Positions 52,973 to 64,000 of a DNA stretch of 64,000 nucleotides are shown piece by piece. Source of the DNA: Eledone cirrhosa (taxonomy: Eukaryota); NCBI GenBank assembly GCA_964016885.1, contig OZ024753.1:33232001-33296000 (forward strand), written 5' to 3'. Position numbers and translations under genes: made by a program. How positions within the stretch are numbered: the stretch's first letter is position 1; every line of letters starts with the position of its first letter. The notes under the pieces were generated by a model. That model did not search any database, was not told the origin of the DNA, and was given only the letters and a program-made list of their open reading frames with translations.

Positions 52973-53125
52973 AATTCAGCTTATGTGTGTGTGTGTAGGG
53001 GGGGGGGGGGTGATTCCAGAATCAGGCCCAATTATGACTGATTGAACCGTGAACTGATCAATTGTGAAACGTGTCATATGGGAATAAAATGTGTATAATA
53101 TCAATTTACAATAGATAAATTGATA

Positions 53126-53606
53126 ACTATGATGATGATGATAATGGCGGGGGTGATGTTGGTAGTGATGATGGATAACAGTAATGGTAGTTTTAATTAT
53201 GATGATGATGATGATAAAGATTATGATCGTGATGAACTATGATGATGATGATGATAATGGAGGGGGTGATGTTGGTGGTGATGACATGGATAACAGTAAT
53301 GGTAGATTTAATTATGATGATGATGATGATAAAGATTATGATCATGATGAACTATGATGATGCTGATGATGATGATAATGGAGGGGGTGATGTTGGTGGT
53401 GATGACATGGATAACAGTAATGGTAGTTTTAATTATGATGATGATGATGATACAGATTATGATCATGATGAACTATGATGATGCTGATGATGATGATAAT
53501 GGAGGGGGTGATGTTGGTGGTGATGACATGGATAACAGTAATGGTAGTTTTAATTATGATGATGATGATGATAAAGATTATGATCATGATGACAATGATG
53601 ATGATG
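53126..53606. repeat. Minisatellite of four ~110-120-bp units built from GAT repeats
   Basis: Units start AACTATGATG at ~53126, 53235, 53351 and 53471, each with GGGGGTGATGTTGGT..ATGGATAACAGTAATGGTAG. Confidence 0.9.
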
Positions 53607-53843
53607 TATTTCTCCACATAACCCATTCCTCCCCACCCAGCAATGATAGAACTTGTCAAACATAGATTACAAGACATACACACTATCTGACAAAATCAAA
53701 GTAAAGTATGTAGTGTCAGACTTTATAATAATCTTTTAAATCAAGACAATTCTTTGTACTGTACACATATCTGAGAAAACAATCAGTTACTGGGTTACTG
53801 TTGGATTTTCATTCCTACTACACATTATATATATATATATATA

Positions 53844-54260
53844 TTGTAGGAGTTCTATTTAAATTGTTGGGATACAACAAGCAAATATTTTTTATAACTG
53901 ATATAAAGCACTCAACAAATTATTGGAGTAAAACTACGATATATTAACAAATGGAAACTATATTTATAAAACCATATTTATTTCATTATACATATTTCAA
54001 GGACACCAAGTTAAATTATGGTGTGCTTTCAGCAGATAAAATATAATATAGAGCAGTTTTATAAATAAATATTGACATACCCTTAAAGAATGCAACCATT
54101 TCTGTTGGAAGCTCCCAGGTAGTTATTTATTTATAAAACTGCTCTATATTATATTTTATCTGATGAAAGCACACCATAATTTAACTTGGTTTCCTTGAAA
54201 TATGTATAATGAAATAAATATGGTTTTATAAATATAGTTTCCATGTGTTAATATATTGTA
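53844..54260 (-). mobile_element. Fold-back PLE-type element with two hammerheads (53982-54040 on -, 54155-54213 on +)
   Basis: Arms ~53936-54071 and 54125-54260 are inverted. Ribozyme reads tttat-CTGATGA-aag.acacca..tggt..ctt-GAAA-tatgta-TA-atgaa. Tail 53844-53935. TA flanks. Confidence 0.87.
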
Positions 54261-54274
54261 TATATATATAAACA

Positions 54275-55057
54275 TAGGAAAAAATTAGAAATAAGAGGGA
54301 TCAGATGTTGTTTACTCGAGAGAAGGCTACGTTGGTACGGTCACGTGATGCGCATGAAAGACGACAGCTGTATAACAAAGTGCAGGGCAATAAAGATAGA
54401 CGGTAGCCACGGAGTAGGCAGACCCAGAAAAACATGGGACGAGCTGATAAATTCCGACCTCACACGCTTACACCTCTCCAAGACAATGTCACTGGACCGA
54501 GACCTTTGGCGGTACTCAGTAATAGAGAAGACCCGCCTTACCTAAATACAAAGTAAAAACCTACTACAGTCAGTAGGCATCTCTATCAAAACACACCCCC
54601 GTCCCACCACCTCCACCCCACCCACACCGCCCCTTTCAATGTAAAGTTATGTTGGTCCCACAACATCCAGGCCGAAACAAATGAGATCGTGTAGGTGTCA
54701 CGACAAAAAACACACAGTCCACGCTGTAAATGTGGCCGTGTAGGCAACACGGTAAAAACCTCCCAGCCCCACACTGTAAATGTGGTTGGTGTTAGGAAGG
54801 GCATCCAGCTGTAGAAAACCCGCCAGACAGTCCACGCTGTAATGTGGCCGTGTAGGCAACACGGTAAAAACCTCCCAGCCCCACACTGTAAATGTGGTTG
54901 GTGTTAGGAAGGGCATCCAACTGTAGAAAACCCGCCAGACAGTCCTATGCGAGCAAGACAACCACTCTTGCCTCAAGTGGGAAAACCCCCGTCCAAACCC
55001 ATGCAAGCGTGGAACACGGACGCTAAACCTGATGATGATGATGATGATGATGATGAT
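54275..55057 (+). mobile_element. RTE family 1 3' fragment with a ~115-bp tandem duplication in the 3' UTR
   Basis: Colinear with 40032-40700. ~54714-54826 is repeated at ~54827-54940. Confidence 0.9.
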
Positions 55058-56947
55058 GCGTGTGTGTGTATATATGTATATGGTCGGGTTTGTTGGCGAC
55101 TAAACTGGCAACCTCACCGAGGTTTCTTGGTAAGGAGGGTGACTTTGGACATCCTGCAGGACTAAAAACAAAACCTGTCAAAGGGCAAAAGAGCTCTTAA
55201 GAGTAAATGGCCATCCAAAATCACCGGGAGAGATGACTCCTTAGCCTTTGTCAAGGCAGAATTCTAGGAGAAGGAAAACTCTGATATAACACCTGCAACC
55301 CTGATGGTATCCAATGATGTTGACTTGTTCTTCTTTTTGGTAAATATCATATTGGTTAAGAGAGTGGGACTGGCTTTGTGCAGTGCCTTTGCTCACTATA
55401 AAAGCTTCACGGCACAGGCATTGCTTTATGTCTGGAGATCTCTCTGCACTTGTCACATAGTACCATGGGCCCAAAACTATGTGTCAATAATTGTCACAAA
55501 TGTAGTGTTTGTACCAGAGTACAAGTCGTTGGCTGGACTAAAAAGTCACACACGTTCAGCGCATCGGTAGGGGTTCTCCTACATGGATATAAAGTAGTGG
55601 CCGTACTCGAAAACGAGTTGGCAGCCACCATATGTATATATAAACATACATATACATATATATATAAATATATATAAACATGTATATATATATAAATATA
55701 CATATATATATAAGTATATATGTATGTATATATAAACATACATACATATCATCAACATCATTTTACATCCAATTTTCCCTGCTTGTAAGGGTGGGACAGG
55801 AACGTATTCTGGCTTGATTTCTACAGCTGGATGCCCTTCCCAACACCAACCTCATTTACAGTGAGTGCTGGGTGTTTTTTTACCATGGCGCCTACATGTC
55901 CACTTTACAGTGTGGGCTGGGTGCTTTTTTGCTGTAGCACCTCCACGACCATTTTGCAGTGGAATGATAGGGACCCCAGTCCCTATCATCTCATTTCTAC
56001 AGCTGAGTAAACTGGAGCAATGTGAAATAAAGTGTCTTGCTCGAGGAAACAACGCTATATATACACATTCGTATATACAAACATACATATATATATGTAT
56101 ATATAAACATACATAAACATACATACATATATATATATTTATACATGTATTCATACATATATATACATATATGTACATACAAACATATGGATATGTATAA
56201 TCATCATCATCATCATCAATGTTTTACATCTATTTTCCATGGTTTAATGGTTTGTCACTTTCAGTGGCTTGAAAGGTCAGATGACTCCATCTCACTTTTA
56301 CATTTCTATCTGTCTTAGTTTCTATGACTGGATGTCCTTCCTGACACTAACATCACAGCATCTATTAGGGTGGGAGCATTTTAGCAAGGCATCAGCACTA
56401 CCCCTTTGCCTGGTGTGTGTGTGTGTGTGTGTATATATATATCATCATTCATCATCATCATTTCATTTTACGTCCGCTTTTCCCTGCTTGCAAGGGTGGG
56501 ACGGGAACTGATTCTGGCTTGATTTCTACAGCTGGATGCCCTTCCTAACACCAACCTCATTTACAGTGAGTGCTGGGTGCTTTTTTGCCGTGGCACCTCC
56601 ACGACCACTTTGCAGTGGAATGATAGGGACCCCAGTCCCTATCATCTCATTTCTACAGCTGAGTAAACTGGAGCAATGTGAAATAAAGTGTCTTGCTCAA
56701 GGAAACAACACATCACCCAGTCACAGAATTGAACTCACAACCTTTCGATTGCAAGGCCAATGCTCTAGCCACTAAGCCATGTGCCTCCATATATACATAA
56801 CCAAGAGTTTATATGGTTCGTTGATTATTCAACAAATTCAATTTTACAATAGATTAGAAGCACTCAACAGTAATTTATCTGAAGTATTTATAATATTATT
56901 CAAAATATCAATAAATAAAAAAATATTCTCATAACCAAAATATATAT

Positions 56948-57004
56948 TTTATTATACATATTTCAAAGGTACAATGGTGTTTCAGTACGTTTTCATCAGA
57001 TAAA
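56948..57004 (-). ncRNA. Intact type I hammerhead (element ~56799-57068)
   Basis: Reverse complement reads tttat-CTGATGA-aaa.gtac(...)gtac.ttt-GAAA-tatgta-TA-ataaa. Confidence 0.8.
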
Positions 57005-57067
57005 ATATATGAGAGATTGGATATGCGACATACTCCTAAGGTTTTGAATTTTCAATTCCTGTAGTGG

Positions 57068-57101
<34 letters not shown>

Positions 57102-57211
57102 GTAATCTACACTCTACTTTCCCAAGAATCGGGTACTCAGCTGAAGAATGGTCATACTAGTTTAAGCTGGTAACCCTCAATCTATCTATCTATCTATATA
57201 TATATATATAT

Positions 57212-57423
57212 ATAGGAAAATGTTCAAGACCCCGACGGCAGAGCTCAAGCTGTTTCAACGGCTATTTCGGCGGCTATTTCAGTTCAGAAAAGCCGTTGAA
57301 ACGGCTCGAGCTCTGCCGTCGAGGTCTTGAACATTTTCCTATTACCCACTCTACTACCCTAAGTATTGAGTACTCTGGTGCATTATGGTCCACCTGGTTC
57401 CTTACCACACTTCCTTCATTATC
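57212..57423 (+). mobile_element. GC-rich fold-back element retaining only the 3' half of a hammerhead
   Basis: Arms 57212-57263 and 57291-57342 are inverted. GAAA-cggc(tcgagctct)gccg-TC. Tail 57343-57423 contains GAGTACTC. Confidence 0.75.
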
Positions 57424-59842
57424 TATATATGTATATATACTTGCCATAACTTCATACTCATCTCCCTTCAATCACTTTTCCCAGTACCACAGAGGGCTAT
57501 TCGTTTGTGCCACAAAAATGCACTCGGTCACTATGTAAGGTGGTTGGTGACAGGAAAGGCACCCCATTGTAGAAGCCATGCCTAAAGTGGGTTAAGAGGG
57601 CCCTTCAGTTGTGTCATGGCATGATAACCTCTCTAGTGTTGGTAATTTTCATGATGAATGCACTCAGTACATAATGTAAATTGGTTGAATGATAGAAAGG
57701 GTATTCAGCCATAGAAAGCTTGCAAAGAAACAGGTTCTAAGGACCTAGAATTGTGTCAAAGACACGACAATACCTCATGTACTGGTGCACTTGGTTGAAC
57801 ATGAGACCGAATGAAAGAGGTATGTATATCCCCACCCTGTGTGGGAGCTCAGTAGCCACATTCCAGTACTGACTTGGTCTATCAGGTAAAGCAGACATTA
57901 AATGAGGATGATGATGTGTATATATATTCTAGGTGTGTACGTATGTGTATGGGGGTGGGGGAGGGGTTTCTAGAATACACACAGCTATAAATTACTGAAA
58001 ACATCAACACCAATATTACTAGATAAAAATTAGTTTGAAATGGAACTAAAATATTCTCATCTTATTCCCTATACAGAATATCTTGGTGTGTGTGTATGCA
58101 TAAATGTGAATGTATATAAATGTGTGTGTGTGTGTATATATATATCATTAATTATGTGAGACTGTTTGTTGTTTCAAGATTTGTTGTTTGTGGGCAAATG
58201 CCTGATGCAGTTCATTTTTGTTAACATAAATATATATTTTCTTTGGCCAGCAAGGAAGATTGCTTTTGGTTAAAAACCCCAATGTTAACGCGTGCAGCAA
58301 TTTTACTATCATAAATTCAATTAACTTTGAATCTCCTCAGGGTCAGAGAAGTTGGATTCTGTATGTTTTAATCAGTGAAGGTTATATTCCATTTTCTTTT
58401 TTTATAATGTCTTATCTTGCATTGACCGAAAAAAGAAATGTAATTGAGATTTATTATACATATTATTAGAATGAAATAATTTGGGAGTGGTGTGGGATGG
58501 CTGGACGGTTAAGATATTTGCTTCACAATCTTGAGTTTTAGGGTTTGGTGCTACTGCATGGCATCATGGACAAGTTTTTTCTACCATAGCTTTAGGTCAA
58601 CCCAAGCCTTGTGTGTATAATGCACTCAATACACTGTGTAGTGTGATACTGCTGGTGCTACAATAAATTGTTCTCAGCATACGCAGTAGAGTGGTAGTTT
58701 AGGTGCCGCAATAAAATGTACCTAATACATTCTGTAGAGTTATAGTGCTGGGGCCATGATAAAAAAGGCAATCAGTATGCTCTGTAAAGTGGTTAGAATT
58801 AGACAGGGAGAAACCATGCCTAAATATGCAAAATACAAGCAAATTGTGGTTTTCTGACCCATCTAGTCACAGACCATGAGGGAATTTTCAACCTTTGCAA
58901 GTATGGAAAGTGGATGTAAAATGACAATGATAATACTATATAAAAAATGGTTTCTAATTTAGGCACAAGGCCAACAATTTTTGGGGAAGGGAAAGTTGAT
59001 TAAATCAACCCCACTGTGTTACTGGTGCTTTATTTTATCAATACTGTAAGGATGAAGAGCAAAGCTAACCTCGGTGGGATTTGAACTCAAAACGTAAAGG
59101 GACATAACTATATGCTGCAATTCATGCTGCTCGATGCTCTACTGCTATTGCCAATACACCAAGAATAAAAGTAAATAATATTGAATTTATAAGACATATG
59201 ACAAAGATTATAACAGTTTAGCATTATAAAGAATCTGCTTTAAAATGTTGTGAGATAATAGTTTATGTAGTTCTGAAGAAACTTACTGCAGAAGACATTT
59301 TGGGGAGAAATAATCTGTATCAGAGAAATATGCTTATTCTGATATTCGTCTCATATGTCAGACATGGATAACAATACATTCAATGTATTTATGTATGAAC
59401 CCATAACGCCTGATGGTGTCATAGGAACAGCATACAGATGTTTAGAGCATTTTAATTTTAAACCTGGCAGTGTGTGTGAACAGAGAAGAAGAGCATGTGA
59501 TATAGAGGAAGTAAGAAATAAAGAAATATAGAAGTAAAATCAACTCCAGTATTCAACTGGTATATACTTATCAACTTCAAAAAGATGAAAGTCAAAGTTG
59601 ACCATTACAGGTTTTGAACTCAGAATGAATACTATAAATCGCCATCGTTTACTGATTGGACTGTTGCATATACAGCCCGGTTGGTCCCCATCTTATACGA
59701 AATTATACACTTTGTTATGATGATGATGATGATGATGATAGCACTCTGAGACAGGTTTTTGCTTGATACAAGCTTATACTATATCTAATTCAGTGAGTAG
59801 ATTATAGCTAATAATATAAACTTGTCTATATATATATATATA

Positions 59843-62199
59843 TTATTATAAAATGATAGGAGGCTGGACTTGTGTAAATCCTTGAAAGGTTTATTATACT
59901 ATGATCATTTCAATGACCGGGTTCCGTATGAATCCGGTGACATCATCAGGTATTCGAAATATAATAAGTGAATGTAATAGATAAAATCCATGGGGCTGAA
60001 AATCAAAGACCCGAGGACGACCGCCATCCAGCATCTTCTACCTTTGCCGGTCGCCCTCAAGTGACATGGCTAAAGCTTACAGTGTGCTACTACCGGTCAA
60101 ATAAAGGAAAACAGAAAGGAATAGGAACATAAGTCAGCGTTAATATCATGCCACAAGAAAAAAGAAAGAAAGAAGAGAGAAGAAAGGGGAAGGAAGAAAA
60201 GGAAGAAGAAGAGAAGTCAGGGTTAATGTCAGCTATAAGAAGAAAGACAGAAAGAAAGAGGAGGAAAGGTCGGTATTACAGTCAGGCCAGGAATGTCGTG
60301 AAAAAAATTTATTCTAAGGGACTCACTTGTACCCATTAGCACACGACACTAGAATGTCTCCCCCTGAGAACAAAAATAAATATTATCCGACTATACCCCT
60401 TACTCTACATCCCACTAGGATAACTTATAGAGGATCTATATAATAAAATTAACGTTTCTTCATAAAAGACTCTCTTTAACTAAACCCCGCAACCCAAAAC
60501 CTTAAAAAAGTTTTTTAAATGTTTAATTTTCAATTTTCTATTTGTTCAATTCTCAATCTTCTTACTCTTGAATTTTATAATGTTATTCTGAATTCTTTCA
60601 ACTTCATCCTATAAATCTAAACAATATTTTAACGTTCAAACTTTCTGTCGGACTGTTGGGTTGGTTTTCCTGGCGGCGGGACTGCGCCCCTGGCGCATAG
60701 GCCTACCTTGAGTGCTTGGAAAAATAAATTTCCCCTTCTTTCGGTAAATGAAACTACTCGGAGTGGCTTGATTCGCCCCAGGGACCCAGTGCGCAGCCGG
60801 TTTTTTGACCGCCATATAGTACCTTTAAATTACAGATCAAATCAGAACTATTAGACGTATTACGCCTTCCTCTACTTAAGCAAATCCCCCTCCTGGGTAA
60901 AGGAATAGTACTGGTTTTGTACAAGGATGGCCTAACGATGCAGGCTGACTTCCTGCTGGCGCAACTGAAGCCTGTTATACATTCCTAGAGTGCTCGGAAA
61001 AATCGATTTCCATATCTTTCGCTTGGCGATATCACTCGGAGTGATGGGCTACCCAAGCTTGTAGTCGCCGCATGCTGTTTGACGGCTAAACAAAGACAAT
61101 CTTTACTCTATAATAAAATTTAAGTGTCTTCATAAAAGACTCTTTCTTTGCTTAAACCTTGCAACCTTAAAAATGTTAAACTGTTTAACTTTCAATTTTC
61201 TAATTTCTTTAATTTTATAATGTTAATATTAAATATAAATTTGTTAACTTCATCCTATAAGTCTAAACAGAAATGTAACGTTCCAATATTCTGCTCACAC
61301 ATTATAACATACAGACCCCCCACTATATTTACCTCTGCTAAGATACGGGCCCCTTTGAAAATATTTTTTTCGGGCCATTCCTGGCCTGACTGTAGTCTGA
61401 CATTAATATCGACCTTTCTTCCTCTTTCTTTCTATCTTTCTTCTTGTAGCCATCAACCCTGACTTTTCTTCTTCCTTTTCTTCCTTCTCTTCTCCCTTTC
61501 TGTCTTTCTCCTTGTGGCATGATATTAACGCTGACTTATCTTCCTCCCCCTTTTTGTTTGCCTATATTTGACCGGTAGTAGTTGTTAAGATACGGGTCCC
61601 TTAGAATAAAATTTGTTCGTGACATTCCTGGCCCGACTGTAATACCGACCTTTCCTCCTCTTTCTTTCTGTCTTATAGCTGACATTAACCCTGACTTCTT
61701 CCTTTTCTTCTTTCCCCCCCTCTTCTCCTTTCTTTCTGTCTTTTTTCTTGTGGCATGATATTAACGCTGACTTATGTTCCTATTCCTTTCTGTTTTCCTT
61801 TATTTGGTAGTAGCACACTGTAAGCTTTAGCCACGTCACTCGAGGGCGACCGGCAAAGGTGGAAGGAACAGAATAGCGGTCGTCCTCGGGTCTTTGATTT
61901 TCAGCCCCATGGATTTTATCCATTACATTCACTTATTATATTTCGAATACCTGATGATATCACCGGATTCATACGGAACCCGGTCATTGAAATGATCATA
62001 GTATAATAAACCTTTCAAGGATTTACACAAGTCCAGCCTCCTGTCATTTCATTATAATATTTAACTCCGTACTAGCACCACCAACTACAAAAACAAAGAC
62101 GGTTGAACTGCTTTACGTTGAGTACTCTCCAGATTATTACATTAAGATTGACCATACGGAATTGACCAGCTCTATCCAGTGGTGAACCTCAAACCTAAA
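59843..62199 (+). mobile_element. 2.36-kb ORF-less PLE-type element with ~480-bp inverted pLTRs, two hammerheads (59896-59953 on -, 61947-62004 on +) and a 140-bp tail
   Basis: 59843-60323 is the reverse complement of 61596-62058. Ribozyme reads atac-CTGATGA...GAAA-tgatca-TA-gtat. Internal direct duplications. TA flanks. Confidence 0.88.
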
Positions 62200-62221
62200 T
62201 ATATATATATATATACATACA

Positions 62222-62650
62222 AGAGGAAGCTTAGTAAAATCGAAAGTTTGGCTGTGGCCAAGCAAAGTTGACCTACAATAAGGAATGAGTAGCAAAGCAC
62301 TCAATAAGGGTAGGTCCTTAGAGGGATAACATACGTTTAAATAGCTTGAAAAATTGATAGATAATAGATAGATATTAGATATTAATTTAACAATGAAAAG
62401 AATAACAACAAAGTCAAGTTATTTTACCTATTCATATTGTTTATGATATGAATAGATAAAATAACTTGACTTTGTTGTTATTCTTTTCATTGTTAAATTA
62501 ATATCTAATATCAGACTCTGTATCTAAGGAATTAACTCATCAGAACAAGGAATGTTTCTATGGATTTCATTGGATTACTTGCTATCAGATTACATTGAGT
62601 TCTATCTATGGTACGGACCCTACCACGAAAGGTAAACCACATAGAAAAAA
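62222..62650 (-). mobile_element. PLE-type remnant with an internal 67-bp fold-back and half a hammerhead
   Basis: 62371-62437 and 62446-62512 are inverted. CTGATGAG on the minus strand at ~62536-62543. AAGCACTC at 62295. Confidence 0.65.
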
Positions 62651-62662
62651 AAAATATATATA

Positions 62663-62905
62663 TATATATAAACAAATAGTAGAAAGGAAAAAGATATTTT
62701 CAGTAGAAAATGTTTAAGAGATTCTTTCAGTGTAATATCAAAACATTTATTTATTTATAAAGAGGATATTTCCGCATTTGATAATGGGTTTGATATTACA
62801 CTGAAAGAATCTCTTCAGCATTTTCTACTGAAAAAATCTTTTTCCTTTCTACTATTTGTTTTTATATATATATATCAACGTGTGTGTTTCTTTCCTACAT
62901 TCGAG
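62663..62905 (+). mobile_element. Fold-back element in (TA)n with a short tail
   Basis: Arms ~62663-62743 and 62789-62875 are inverted. Tail 62876-62905. Confidence 0.75.
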
Positions 62906-62929
62906 ATATATATATATATATATATATAT

Positions 62930-64000
62930 GTAGGAGGTGAGTTTTATTGTAGTACAATAAAGCAATGCAGATATCGGATAAGAAGCACTCTACAGTTTGT
63001 GGGACTGGAGTATGCATAATATAAGATCAAAAGATGGTTAAAGGAGTTCAATATATTTTATTATGCGCATTTCAAAAACAAACATCATCAAACAATAATA
63101 TTTGTGTTTTCATCAGATAAAACAGGAGAACATGATATGAAGGCTAAAAAAACACTTGTTGATAGTGCAGTTTTAAATCAACATATGAAAAGTGGTTTTA
63201 GATTGATGTGTGATATTGGGAAAAATATTTTATTTAGAGAGGGGGGGAGAGAAAAGGATGAAAAGGGAAGGAGATGAGAGGGAGAGATGGGTGATAGAGA
63301 GAAAGAGATAGTTTTTATAACAGAGAGGAGATATATTTTATATAGAGGGGTTGAAAACCGTTGGAAGATACTGTATAAATTAAAAATTTTGAAAATTAAC
63401 GAAGGGAGGATATGTGCGAGGAAAAAATATATTATATTTAGGGAGGGGTGGGGGTGGAAAGGATGAAAAAAAGGGGAGGAGATGAGAGTGAAGGTGGAAA
63501 GGGAGAGATGGGTGATAGAGAGAAAGAGATAGTTTTTATAACTGAGAAAAAGATATAATGTTTTAATATAGAGAGATTGGGAACCGTTGGAAGATAATGT
63601 ATAAATTAAAGGAATTTGAAAATTAACGAAGGGAAATTATGTATGGAGATAGAGAGAAAAAATAACGAAGGGAGATTATGTATGGAGATAGAGAGAAAAA
63701 AAAAAAAAATAATAATTGTGGGTGAATATTCAAAAGGAGAAATGTAGGAATTTTAAAATTAGCAAAGAGAAAAAGTTTATGTATAGGATTTGAGAAAAAT
63801 AATGTGAAGTTAGAGTTTTTATATTGAATTCATATGTATTAATAATGAGTTCGTTGATGGGGAGAAAAAAATAATAATAAATTAAGGATGAAATTGAGAT
63901 TAAAAAGATTTATGATAGAGAGAAAAAATAATAATGATTGCGGATGAATACTCAAAATGTCAAAAACAAATGTTATTGTTTTACGAGGAGATATAATGAG
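62930..64000 (-). mobile_element. 3' end of a long PLE-type element running off the window, with an intact hammerhead at 63057-63121(-) and internal tandem repeats
   Basis: Reverse complement reads tttat-CTGATGA-aaa.acaaatattatt(gttt)gatgatgtttgt.ttt-GAAA-tgcgca-TA-ataaa. ~63222-63430 is repeated at ~63431-63650. Confidence 0.8.

Noticed and set aside
53126-53606. CRISPR-like regularly spaced repeats
   Set aside because: Whole units are repeated with no unique spacers; this is a eukaryotic minisatellite
58251-58360. Possible plus-strand exon (QGRLLLVKNPNVNACSNF...)
   Set aside because: Splice-like boundaries only, with no recognisable homology

Overview
AT-rich, microsatellite-saturated eukaryotic DNA. 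The SINE/LINE content looks like a coleoid cephalopod, probably Octopus (inference). No host protein-coding gene can be supported, and most listed ORFs are translations of (TA)n, (CA)n, (ATC)n or (GA)n tracts. The recognisable content is mobile DNA: a near-intact Penelope-like element (PLE; RT plus C-terminal GIY-YIG, 10663-14048) with an inverted pseudo-LTR, a 5'-truncated RTE LINE whose RT carries a PHD-type zinc finger, Tx1-, CRE- and APE-LINE fragments, two abundant tRNA-derived SINE families, an internally deleted RTE, and hAT and piggyBac MITEs. The standout signal is about 17 near-canonical (some with single core substitutions) and several decayed type I hammerhead ribozyme motifs (CUGANGA...GAAA...UH). 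Most sit in short non-coding elements inserted into (TA)n tracts, many as head-to-head fold-backs with a one-sided 3' tail. Tails from otherwise unrelated families share a GAGYRCTY motif about 35-75 nt from the 3' end. All structures were read by eye, so coordinates may be off by a few nt.
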